64,000 bases of DNA from an uncultured Gemmatimonadales bacterium (GTDB lineage: Bacteria; Gemmatimonadota; Gemmatimonadetes; Gemmatimonadales; JACORV01): positions 192,328 through 256,327 of the forward strand of contig CAWIFL010000004.1 of NCBI GenBank assembly GCA_963835535.1, in the 5' to 3' direction. Shown here in pieces: positions 17,952 through 27,100 of this stretch. Every line of letters starts with the position of its first letter. Position 1 is the stretch's first letter. The notes below the pieces were generated by a model. The model searched no databases. It was not told the origin of the DNA and was given only the letters and a program-made list of their open reading frames with translations. Both the position numbers and the translations under genes were made by a program.

Positions 17952-18454
17952 GCAGAGCCAGGGTCGTGCTCGCGCTGGACGACGACGTCTCGACCGACCA
18001 GATCTACCCGGGCCGCTACATGGCCACCGTCCTGCCGACGGAGACGCCGCAGTTCGCCTTCGCCGACCAGACGGCGTTCAACGCGCTCCTCAGGAGCGGC
18101 GGCGTGCCGGCGGGGAGCGTCGTCGTGGCGGGGAAGAACTTCGGCTGCGGCTCCTCGCGGGAGCAGGCGGTCTCGGCGCTCAAGGGCCACGAGCTCGTGA
18201 TCGTGGCGAAGAGCTTCGCGCGCATCTTCCTGCAGAACGCGATCAACCTGGGGCTGAAGCTCGTCGAGGTGCCGGACCTCGCCGCCGCGGAAGGCGACGA
18301 CCTCGCGATCGGGGTGACGGAGCTGACGAACCTGACGTCGGGTCGGCGCTTCGGCATCAAGCCCCTGCCCGCCGCGCGCCAGGCGATCATGGAGGCGGGC
18401 GGCCTGATCCCCTACACGCGCCAGCGGCTCACGGGAAAGGGTGCGGCGGTCTAG
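17948..18454 (+). CDS. Aconitase-family dehydratase small subunit (LeuD/HacB-like)
   Basis: 168 aa. DDVSTDQIYPGRYM and GKNFGCGSSREQA. ATGA overlap with the large subunit. Confidence 0.8.
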   Translation: MSRARVVLALDDDVSTDQIYPGRYMATVLPTETPQFAFADQTAFNALLRSGGVPAGSVVVAGKNFGCGSSREQAVSALKGHELVIVAKSFARIFLQNAINLGLKLVEVPDLAAAEGDDLAIGVTELTNLTSGRRFGIKPLPAARQAIMEAGGLIPYTRQRLTGKGAAV

Positions 18455-18900
18455 GCGGGCGGCGGCTCCACCTTGGGGATCGCGGCCCCGCGGACCCGGC
18501 CCCACAGGGCGAAGATCCCGATCAGGATGCCCGCCACCTGGCCGGTCGAGGCGGCCAACCGGACGTAGGCCCACATCTGCGCCACGAGCTGTTCGTCGAA
18601 GAACTCGGTCGCCGCGCGGAGCAGCGTTCCCGCGGTGAGGAGGACGTAGGCGAACGCCACGAGATTGTGGTAAGGCCCGATCGGCTCGCGGCGGCCCGAG
18701 CGGGGAAAGAGCCACAGCGCCGTTCCCACGATCATCATCACCATGAAGCCGACCAGCAGCAGGTGCACGTGCGCCACGACCATCCCGTGGCTGATCGTGC
18801 CGCCGGTCGTCATCTGGAACTCGAGCCAGAGTCCCGTCAGCAGCCCGAGCGCGAGGAAGACGAACGCCGTCCGGAGGTACAGCCGCACCAGGATGTGCAT
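18451..18900 (-). CDS. Hypothetical 4-TM membrane protein with a His-rich helix
   Basis: 149 aa with four hydrophobic helices, including MVVAHVHLLLVGFMVMMIVG. No family recognised. Confidence 0.5.
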   Translation of the reverse strand: MHILVRLYLRTAFVFLALGLLTGLWLEFQMTTGGTISHGMVVAHVHLLLVGFMVMMIVGTALWLFPRSGRREPIGPYHNLVAFAYVLLTAGTLLRAATEFFDEQLVAQMWAYVRLAASTGQVAGILIGIFALWGRVRGAAIPKVEPPPA

Positions 18901-19011
18901 GAATCGAGTCTAGCGCACCCCGGCGGCCGATACCAGAGTCCCCGCCGAGATTCGCTCCGCGCCGCGAGCGACGGGTGCGCCTCGGGGGGCGCCGGGCGCT
19001 ACGCTCCCCGC

Positions 19012-19437
19012 GTGCGCAGCGGGTTCACCCTTCCGGAACTGGCGGCGGTTCTCGCGATCATGGGCGTCGTCGCCTCCGTGGTCGTGCCGCCATTGGGCCG
19101 CACGCTCGACCGCGCCGCCGTCGAGGAGGGCGTGCAGCGCCTCGCGGCCGCGCACGCGACGACGCGGGAGCTGGCGATTGCGCGCGGCGCGCTCGCGCGG
19201 CTCGAGCTCGACGCCGTCGCGCACACCGCCGCGCTATCGGTGCAGCGGACCGCCAAGGCCTGGGACACGGTCGCCACCTATCCGCTCGGCACGGCCCGGA
19301 TCACCTGCTCGAATCCCACGATGGTGTTCAACCCGATCGGCCTGGGGCACGGTGCATCCAATACCCGGGTCATCTTCTCGCGCGGGGCTGCGGCGGACAC
19401 CGTCACGACTTCCCGGACGGGGAGGCTCCGCCGCTAA
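19012..19437 (+). CDS. Type IV pilin-like / GspH-FimT family pseudopilin (prepilin N-terminal methylation motif)
   Basis: GTG start. N-terminus VRSGFTLPELAAVLAIMGVVASVVV has the G|FTLxE cleavage/methylation motif. 141 aa. Confidence 0.7.
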   Translation: MRSGFTLPELAAVLAIMGVVASVVVPPLGRTLDRAAVEEGVQRLAAAHATTRELAIARGALARLELDAVAHTAALSVQRTAKAWDTVATYPLGTARITCSNPTMVFNPIGLGHGASNTRVIFSRGAAADTVTTSRTGRLRR

Positions 19438-19484
19438 GCAACCATCCGCCGCCCGGGTGCATCCAATGAGTTGAAAGGACGCTC

Positions 19485-19706
19485 ATGGGCGAAGCGCTGG
19501 TGGGAGCGATGGTCGCAGCGATGCGGCGTGCCAACAGGGACCGGGCGGAGGCTTCGCGGCCGGCGCAGGCGCATGCCGCTCCCGGGTTCGACGGCTCTGC
19601 ATGGGGCTGCCTCGCGCACCCGCAGCTGATGCCCACGGTCTTTTCTCCGAGCGGCGACGCCTCCAGCGACGCGCCCGGTGAGGAAGTAGCCGCGCGCAAA
19701 GTCTGA
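19485..19706 (+). CDS. Possible small ORF (73 aa), doubtful
   Basis: AAAGGA lies 5 nt before the ATG and a terminator hairpin follows. GC3 bias is weaker than in neighbouring genes and no similarity was recognised. Confidence 0.25.
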   Translation: MGEALVGAMVAAMRRANRDRAEASRPAQAHAAPGFDGSAWGCLAHPQLMPTVFSPSGDASSDAPGEEVAARKV

Positions 19707-19730
19707 CGGCGGCTTTGCCCGGCTACCCGG

Positions 19731-19762
19731 CCCGGGGGCTCTGCCCCCGGGTCGTTCTTCTT
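19731..19762. terminator. Bidirectional terminator hairpin between convergent genes
   Basis: CCCGGGGG ctctg CCCCCGGG followed by tcgttcttctt. Confidence 0.5.
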
Positions 19763-19784
19763 CCTGGGATCTGGGGTCGCGCGG

Positions 19785-20699
19785 CTAGGGTGCGGCGTGG
19801 CGCTGCGCGTACGGTGCGCAGATCTCGCGCGCCACGTCTGCGAAGGGGCGCGGCCGGATAAGGAAGCGCGACTCGAGCGCGTTGTCCGCCGTGACGCTGC
19901 CTTCGAGCAGCATCTGGAGCTGGTCCGGCGTTATGGGAGCCAGGTTCGGCAACGCCGCGCCGGCGCCAGCGGCGAAGCGTGCGATCCCCACGGGTACGCG
20001 CACGCGCCTGCGCCGCACGCCCAGCGCGGTCTCGAGGCGATCCAGCATCTGATGGTACGTCAGGCGCTCGGCGCCGCCGATGTCGAAGGTCCCGCGGATC
20101 TCCGGCCGCTCGAGCGCGAGCGCCATCACCTCGGCAACGTCTCCGATCCAGACGGGCTGCATCGCGTAGCGGCCGTCGCCGATCACCGGCACGACCGGCG
20201 AGAAACGGACCATGTTCACCATCATCCCGATGGCGGCGTTGCCCGGACCGCCGATGATGGATGGTCGCACGATGACGTGCGCCAGGCCGCTGCCCCGCAC
20301 CGCTTCTTCGGCCTGCCACTTGGACCGATGGTAGCGGGTGGCCAACGCGTCGGCGCGTGCGCCGAGGGCGCTCATGTGCACGAACAGAACGACTCGAGCC
20401 TCCGCGGCGGCATCGAGCAGGGCCTGGGTGCCGTGCACGTGGACGGCCTCGAAGGTCTGTGACCGCGTCTCGGCAATGATCCCCACCAGGTGGACGACGG
20501 CGTCCGCCCCCGCCACGAGGGCCGCGAGTGCGGTCCGATCGCCCAGGTCGCCGGCGACCAGCTCGACGCCGAGATCCCGCAGCCGCTCGGCGCGCTCCGG
20601 CTGACGGACCAATGTCCGCACTTCGTGGTCGCGGCGCAGGAGCTTCGCCAGAACCTCGCGCCCGACGTAGCCGGTGGCACCCGTCATCGCTATGCGCAT
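19785..20699 (-). CDS. NAD(P)-binding Rossmann protein (NmrA / atypical SDR, NDUFA9-like)
   Basis: Start at ATG 20699 gives MRIAMTGATGYVGREV (GxxGxxG). The track ORF extends to 20813 through a low-GC promoter region. Confidence 0.8.
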   Translation of the reverse strand: MRIAMTGATGYVGREVLAKLLRRDHEVRTLVRQPERAERLRDLGVELVAGDLGDRTALAALVAGADAVVHLVGIIAETRSQTFEAVHVHGTQALLDAAAEARVVLFVHMSALGARADALATRYHRSKWQAEEAVRGSGLAHVIVRPSIIGGPGNAAIGMMVNMVRFSPVVPVIGDGRYAMQPVWIGDVAEVMALALERPEIRGTFDIGGAERLTYHQMLDRLETALGVRRRRVRVPVGIARFAAGAGAALPNLAPITPDQLQMLLEGSVTADNALESRFLIRPRPFADVAREICAPYAQRHAAP

Positions 20700-20766
20700 G
20701 TGGTCAAAATGCGAACTGGGCGGCCTCCGGGAAACCCGTGGGGAAAACTGACCGTAGTGTAAGCAA

Positions 20767-20811
20767 TTGACTTCACCGTGGTCCATTAGTAGACTACAGT
20801 CGTAAGTGACC
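20767..20811 (+). promoter_or_regulatory. Candidate tetR/efflux promoter with a weak dyad
   Basis: TTGACT (20767-20772), 17-nt spacer, TAGACT (20790-20795). An imperfect dyad GGTCcaTTA...TAAgtGACC spans 20780-20811 (9 of 16 positions pair). Confidence 0.35.
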
Positions 20812-20849
20812 AAACTCTAGCAATCTGATCGTCAAAAGGATCGGCAGCC

Positions 20850-21488
20850 ATGACCGAGGTAGTGCAGGGGCGGCGCGAGAGGAAGAAGGAAGAGACACGA
20901 CGGCGGATCACGCTCTCGGCTCTCGATCTGTTCCACGAGAAGGGCTTCGACGCGACGACGGTGGACGAGATCACCGAGCGCGCGGACGTGGCCAAGGGGA
21001 CCTTCTTCAACTACTTCCCCAAGAAGGAGTCGGTGCTCGAGGCGCTGAGCCAGGAGTGGATGGCCCGCGCCGAGGAGCACGCGGCCCGGCACGGGCAGAC
21101 CGCGTCGGAGCGGATCCTCGCCGTCTTCGGCGGCGTGGCCGCGTCGTACGGCGACGACCGCGCGCTGGCGCGGATGCTCGTGCGCGTGAGCATGGAACGG
21201 ATGGTGTGCCCGGAGCCCGACGCCTCGCGGACGGGCATGTACCAGCGGGTGGTGAGCGCGATCCGCGACGGACAGGCGCGCGGGGAATTCCGGCCCGAGC
21301 TGGATCCGGATGCCGTGTTCGGTGTGGTGGCGTCGGTCTTCATGGGCACGCTGGTCTGGTGGGTCGGCGGCGGCCCGCATCACGACCTGATCCAGCACAG
21401 CAAGGTGTCCCTGCACGACGCGGTCGAGCGGCAGCTCTCGCTCGTGTTCGACGGCATCCGTCTGCCGAGCGCCGCCCGCGGGGAGTAG
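20850..21488 (+). CDS. TetR family transcriptional regulator
   Basis: The N-terminal HTH ETRRRITLSALDLFHEKGFDATTVDEITERADVAKGTFFNYFPKKE is canonical for TetR. Confidence 0.9.
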   Translation: MTEVVQGRRERKKEETRRRITLSALDLFHEKGFDATTVDEITERADVAKGTFFNYFPKKESVLEALSQEWMARAEEHAARHGQTASERILAVFGGVAASYGDDRALARMLVRVSMERMVCPEPDASRTGMYQRVVSAIRDGQARGEFRPELDPDAVFGVVASVFMGTLVWWVGGGPHHDLIQHSKVSLHDAVERQLSLVFDGIRLPSAARGE

Positions 21489-21492
21489 GGCC

Positions 21493-22965
21493 ATGCGCAT
21501 CGCACCCTTCCTTGCCCTGGCGCTGCTTCCGGCGGCGCTGGCGGCGCAGCAGCCTGCGAGCGCTCCGATCCAGCTGACGCTGGACGACGCGATCCACCGC
21601 GCGCTGACGGCAGGCAACGACGTGCGGATCGCGGAAGCAGGCGTGCAGCAGGCCGAGGGGCAGGTCACGCAGGCCTGGTCCACGGCGCTCCCGGATATCC
21701 GGGCCTCGGTGGTCTACACGCGCACCTTCGCGTCGGTCTTCAGCTCGTTGGGGCAGATGCCGACGCTGGCCCCATTCAGCCCGGACACCACGGCCCCGCT
21801 CGCGGACCGGATCCGGTACCTCGAGCAGGAGTACCCGAACTCCGTGATCCGGGGCATCGGAGGGCTCTTTTCGAGCCTGCCCTTCGGCCGGCTGAACGCC
21901 TACGTCGCGACCCTCACGTTGAGCCAGACGCTGTTCCAGGGCGGGAAGATCGGGGCGGGGATCCGCGGGGCGCACGCGTACGAGCAGGCGGCGCGAGCGG
22001 AGCTGGACGAGACGCGGCGGGACGTGACCTACCGGGTGAAGCAGGCGTACCTGAACGCGCTCTACGCCGAGCGGATCGTGGTGATCACCGAGGCGTCGCA
22101 GGTGCAGGTGAACGACCAGCTGCACCGGGTCACGCTCAACCATCAGGTCGGCTCCTCGGCGGACTACGATCTGCTGAGGGCGCAGGTGGAGGCCGCGAAC
22201 CAGGAGCCGCTGGTCATCGCCGCGCGGAACGGCCGCGACGTCGCGCTGCTGGAAGTGCGGCGCCTCGTCAACCTCCCGGCGGAGCAGCCCGTGGAACTGG
22301 TGAGCCCGCTCCCCGAGACGTCGGACTCGCTGCCCAAAGTGGACTTCGCGGCCCTGGATCTGGACGCGGCCGGTCGCGCGGCGGTCACGGCGGCCGAGGC
22401 CAACGTGGCGTTCAGGCGGGAAGCGGTGCGGGTCTACCACGGGGACTACTATCCGACCCTCAAGCTGAGCAGCTCGTACGGCGGGGAAGCGTATCCGGCG
22501 GGAATCGTTCCGGCGGGAATCGGCGACTTCCGCAAGGACTGGAGTGCGTCACTCACGCTGTCGGTGCCGCTGTTCGACGGGCTCAAGACCCACGGCGCGG
22601 TGCAGCAGGCGCAGGCGGACCTGTCGCGCGCGGAAGCGCAGCTGTCGCAGACCCGGGCCGGTGTCCAGATCGAGATCGAGCAGGCGCGGGCGGAGATCGT
22701 GCGGGCCCAGGCGCTGGTCCAGGCGCGGCACGAGACCGTGGGGCAGGCGGCGCGGGCCCAGCACCTGGCGACCGTGCGCTTCAACAACGGCATCGCCACC
22801 GCGATCGAGGTATCCGACGCGCGGCTGGCCCTCGAGCAGGCGAGCGTCAACGAAGCGCAGGCCACGCGGGACTACCTCCTGGCGATCGCGGCGTTGGAGC
22901 GGGCGCTCGGACACGCGGTGCCGCTGGTGCGAACGGGGATCAGAGAAGCAGCGGGGCAGGACTGA
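21493..22965 (+). CDS. TolC-family outer membrane efflux protein
   Basis: 490 aa with a signal peptide and two repeated coiled-coil/beta halves typical of OMF proteins. First structural gene of the efflux operon. Confidence 0.85.
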   Translation: MRIAPFLALALLPAALAAQQPASAPIQLTLDDAIHRALTAGNDVRIAEAGVQQAEGQVTQAWSTALPDIRASVVYTRTFASVFSSLGQMPTLAPFSPDTTAPLADRIRYLEQEYPNSVIRGIGGLFSSLPFGRLNAYVATLTLSQTLFQGGKIGAGIRGAHAYEQAARAELDETRRDVTYRVKQAYLNALYAERIVVITEASQVQVNDQLHRVTLNHQVGSSADYDLLRAQVEAANQEPLVIAARNGRDVALLEVRRLVNLPAEQPVELVSPLPETSDSLPKVDFAALDLDAAGRAAVTAAEANVAFRREAVRVYHGDYYPTLKLSSSYGGEAYPAGIVPAGIGDFRKDWSASLTLSVPLFDGLKTHGAVQQAQADLSRAEAQLSQTRAGVQIEIEQARAEIVRAQALVQARHETVGQAARAQHLATVRFNNGIATAIEVSDARLALEQASVNEAQATRDYLLAIAALERALGHAVPLVRTGIREAAGQD

Positions 22966-22968
22966 GGC

Positions 22969-23003
22969 GAGTTGCCAGACGGCAAGTTGGCAGTGGTTAC
23001 CAG
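22969..23003 (+). repeat. GTTGCCAG-type short repeat element, copy B2
   Basis: gagttgccagacggcaagttggcagtggttaccag, in the OMF-MFP intergenic spacer. Confidence 0.75.
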
Positions 23004-23012
23004 GGGCAAGCC

Positions 23013-24188
23013 GTGAGTGAACAGAAAAGGACGCGCGAGACAATGACGGCATATCGGTGGGGAACCGTCCTGGTGATGGCGGCCGCGTTGGGTGCGGCGG
23101 GGTGCGGGGCGAAGCGCGCCAACGGCGCGTCCGCCGGCACGGTGGCGGATCCGTCCAATACCGCGACGCTGAACGCGGCGGACATTGCCGTTGCGCGCCT
23201 CCAGACGCTGCGCGCCGGCATTCCGCTGAGCGGGGCGCTCGAGGCGAAGGTGAAGATCACCGTCGGGGCGCCGCTCGCGGAGCAGCTCCTCGAGGTGTAC
23301 GTGAACGAAGGCGACCGCGTGCGGCAGGGGCAGCCCCTGGCGCGGTTCAAGGACCAGGTCCTGCAGGCGGCCGCCGCGTACGCCCGGGCCGACGTGCAGT
23401 CGCAGCGGATGGCCGTGCGGGTGGCGGAGGCGGAGTCGGCCCGCGCGGTGGCGCTCTTCTCCGAAGGCGCGATCGCTCAGCGTGACCGCGACAACGCGCT
23501 CGTGGCCCTGGAGGGTGCGCGCTCGCGGCTGTCCCTGTCCGAGTCGCAGGCGGCGAACGCCGACGATCGACTGCACAGCTCCACTCTGACGGCCCCGGCG
23601 GCGGGCGTGATCAGCAAGCGCTACGCGCAGGCCGGGGACCGCGTGGACAACGGCAAGCCGGTCCTCGAGCTGGTGGACACGCGGGTGCTGCAGCTCTCGG
23701 CGTCGGTGCCGACCGAGTGGCTTCCGGAGCTGAGGGTCGGCCGGCTGGTGAGCCTGACGATCGCGCAGCTCGATTCCTCGCACGTGTCGGGGCGGATCAG
23801 CCGCATCAATCCCACGGCCGACCCGGCGACCCGTCAGATCCAGATCTACGTGGACGTGCCGAACGCCGGGGAGCGTCTGGTGGGCGGGCTGTTCGCGTCG
23901 GGGCGCGTGGTGACGCGGGAGGCGCTGAACGCGGTGGCGGTGCCGCGTGAGGCGGTGCGCTACGAGGGGGAGGATCGGACGCCGTACGTGTATGCGGTGA
24001 GTCGCGGCAAGGTGGCGAGGCGCCGGGTCACCGTCGGTGTGGCCGACGACGACCTGTCGCTCGTCGGGATCACGGCCGGCGTCGCGGCCGGCGACACCGT
24101 GATCGTCGGGCCGATCGAAGGTCTGGCGGACGGGGCGCCGGTGCAGATCGGCGGCGGCGCAGCCTCCGCCACCCGCGGCACGCGCTAG
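23013..24188 (+). CDS. RND efflux periplasmic adaptor (MFP/HlyD family) lipoprotein
   Basis: Lipobox LGAAGC with barrel-sandwich/hairpin-like repeats. A possible alternative start lies at ATG 23043. Confidence 0.85.
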   Translation: MSEQKRTRETMTAYRWGTVLVMAAALGAAGCGAKRANGASAGTVADPSNTATLNAADIAVARLQTLRAGIPLSGALEAKVKITVGAPLAEQLLEVYVNEGDRVRQGQPLARFKDQVLQAAAAYARADVQSQRMAVRVAEAESARAVALFSEGAIAQRDRDNALVALEGARSRLSLSESQAANADDRLHSSTLTAPAAGVISKRYAQAGDRVDNGKPVLELVDTRVLQLSASVPTEWLPELRVGRLVSLTIAQLDSSHVSGRISRINPTADPATRQIQIYVDVPNAGERLVGGLFASGRVVTREALNAVAVPREAVRYEGEDRTPYVYAVSRGKVARRRVTVGVADDDLSLVGITAGVAAGDTVIVGPIEGLADGAPVQIGGGAASATRGTR

Positions 24189-24199
24189 GGGACGCGCGC

Positions 24200-27100
24200 A
24201 TGTTCCTCTCCGAACTCTCGATCAAGCGCCCCGTCTTCGCCACGATGATGATGCTGGCGCTCGTCGTGCTCGGCCTCTTCTCCCTGCGACGCCTCAAGCT
24301 CGACGACATGCCGGACGTCGAGCTGCCCTTCGTGATGATCCAGGTCAACTATCCCGGCGCCAGCACGGAGGCGGTGGAGCGCGACGTCGCGAAGAAGATC
24401 GAGGAGGCCGTCAACCCGATCGAGGGCGTGGACCGGATCGAGTCGTCGTCCGTCGAAGGCTACACGATGATCTTCATCCAGTTCACGCTGCAGACGAAGG
24501 TCATGACGGCGCAGTCGGACGTCCGGTCCGCCGTGGACGGGATCCGGGGCGATCTGCCGGTGGACATCGATCCGCCGATCATCTCGCGGTTCGACTTCCG
24601 GCAGAACCCGATCATGAGCCTGTCGCTCTCCGGCAAGGGCTTCGCGCTGCGCGACCTGACCACGCTGGCCACGGAGACCATCAGCCGGCGCCTGGAGACG
24701 GTGGACGGCGTGGGCAGCGTCTCCGTGGTCGGCGGGCTGGATCGCCAGATCCGGATCCTCCTCCTCCCGCCCCGGATGGACGCCCTCGGCGTGAGCCCCG
24801 ACATGGTGAGCTTGGGGCTGCAGCGCGCGAACCTGGACATGCCGGCGGGTCGCGTGGAGCAGGCGAACGCGGAGCAGCTGGTGCGCGTGCAAGGCCGCAT
24901 CGTCGATCCGGCCGACTTCGGCACCGTGGTGGTGGCGACGCGCAACGGCGTGTCGGTGCGGTTGAACGAAGTGGCCCGGGTCGAAGACTCCCAGGAAGAA
25001 GAGCGGACGCTGGCTGAGTTCTCCGGCAAGCGCGCCATCGGTATCGACATCCGCAAGGTCTCGGGCGCGAACACCGTGGACGTCGCGAAGGGCATCCGGG
25101 CCGTCATGGCCGACCTCAACACCGAGCTGCCGCAAGGCGTCCAGCTCGAGGTCGTCCGCGACAACTCGACGTGGATCCAGGACTCGCTCGCCGACGTCCA
25201 GATGGCGCTGGTCCTTGGCGCGCTGCTCACGATCCTGATCGTCTTCATCTTCCTCAACTCCTGGCGCTCGACGGTCATCACCGGCCTCACCCTGCCCGTG
25301 TCGATCATCTCGGCGTTCCTCGTGATCTACGCGATGAATTTCACGATCAACACGCTGACGTTGATGGCGCTGTCGCTGGCCGTGGGCATCCTGATCGACG
25401 ATGCGATCGTGGTCCGGGAGAACATCGTGCGCCACGTGGAGCGCGGCGAAGACCACCACAAGGCTGCGGGTACGGCCACGAGCGAGATCGGCTTCGCGGT
25501 GCTCGCCACCACGATGTCCATTCTGGCGGTGTTCGTCCCGGTCGGCTTCATGCGCGGGATCGTCGGCCGCTTCTTCTTCCAGTTCGGCATCACCGTTGCC
25601 TTCGCGGTGGCGGTGTCGCTGTTCGTGTCGTTCACGCTGGACCCGATGCTCTCCTCGCTCTGGTACGATCCGCAGGCCGCCGGGCACGCCGAGCGCGGAC
25701 GGATCGGGAAGGGGCTCGAGCGCTTCAACGAGAAGGTGCGCGGGGCGGGGCGGTGGTACCGCGGCGTGATCGCCTGGGCGCTGGACCACCGCGGACGGGT
25801 CCTGGCGATCGCCGGCGGGGCGTTCCTCGCCGCGATCGTGCTGATGGGCGTCGGCGCGGTGGGCGGAGGCTTCTTCCCGAATACCGACCGGAGCGAGCTG
25901 ATCGTCACCATCCAGACGCCGGTCGGCTCGTCGCTGGCGTACACGCGCACCAAGGGTGAGGAGGTCGACCGCTACCTGCGCTCACGCCCGGAGGTGGCGT
26001 ACACCTACTTCACCATCGGCGGCGGGATGCAGCGCACGGTGACCGACGGCACGATCTACGTGCGGATGAAGCCGAAAGGCCAGCGGAGCCTCAGCCAGTC
26101 GGCGTTCGAGATCGCGCTGCGCCGGGCGCTGCCGGTGTTCAAGGGCGTCACGACCGGCATCATGGACGCGGGGGGCATGGCGGGAGGCCAGCTGCCGGTC
26201 CAGGTCAACATCCTCGGCCCGGACATGACGCGCCTCCAGGACCTGAACGACCGGATGCTGGCCGCGATCCGCGGCGTCCCGGGGCTGGTGGACCTGAAGT
26301 CGAGCCTCGAGGAGCACAAGCCGGAGTACGTGGTCCGGGTCAACCGCGACCTCGCGACGAACGTCGGCCTGTCCGTCGGCTCGATCTCGAACACCCTGCG
26401 CACCGTGCTCTCGGGCCAGACCGCCACGACGTTCGAGGACGCCTCCGGGCTCACGCACGACGTCGTCGTGCAGGTCGCGCCCGAGTACCGCACCTCGTTC
26501 GACGACCTGGGCAAGATCCCGCTCGCGACCGCGACGATGAACCCGCGCACGCAGTCGCCCGTGATGGTGCCCCTGGGCCAGGTGGCCCAGATCACACTCT
26601 CGGGCGCCCCCGCCGAAATCAAGCGGCTCTCGCTCGAGCGCATGGCGCGGATCGAGGGCAACTACCAGGGCCGCCCGCTTACCAGCGTGATGACGGACAT
26701 CGGCAAGCGACTCGCGACCGTTCCGCTCCCGCCCGGGTACCGGATCGACATCGGGGGCGAGCAGAGGAACTTCGCCGAGACCACGGGCTACGTGCTCGAG
26801 TCGCTGACGCTCGCGATCATCTTCGTCTACCTGATCCTGGCGTCCCAGTTCGGCTCGTTCCTCCAGCCGCTCGCGATCATGCTGTCGCTGCCCCTGTCGA
26901 TCATCGGGGTGCTGGCGGCGCTGATGCTGACCGGCGACACGTTCAACATCCTCAGCATGATTGGGGTCATCATGCTGATGGGGCTGGTGACCAAGAACGC
27001 GATCCTGCTCGTGGACTTCGCCAACAAGACGCGGGAGAAGGGGGCGACGCGGCGCCAGGCGCTGATCGAGGCGGGCGAGATCCGGTTCCGGCCGATCATG

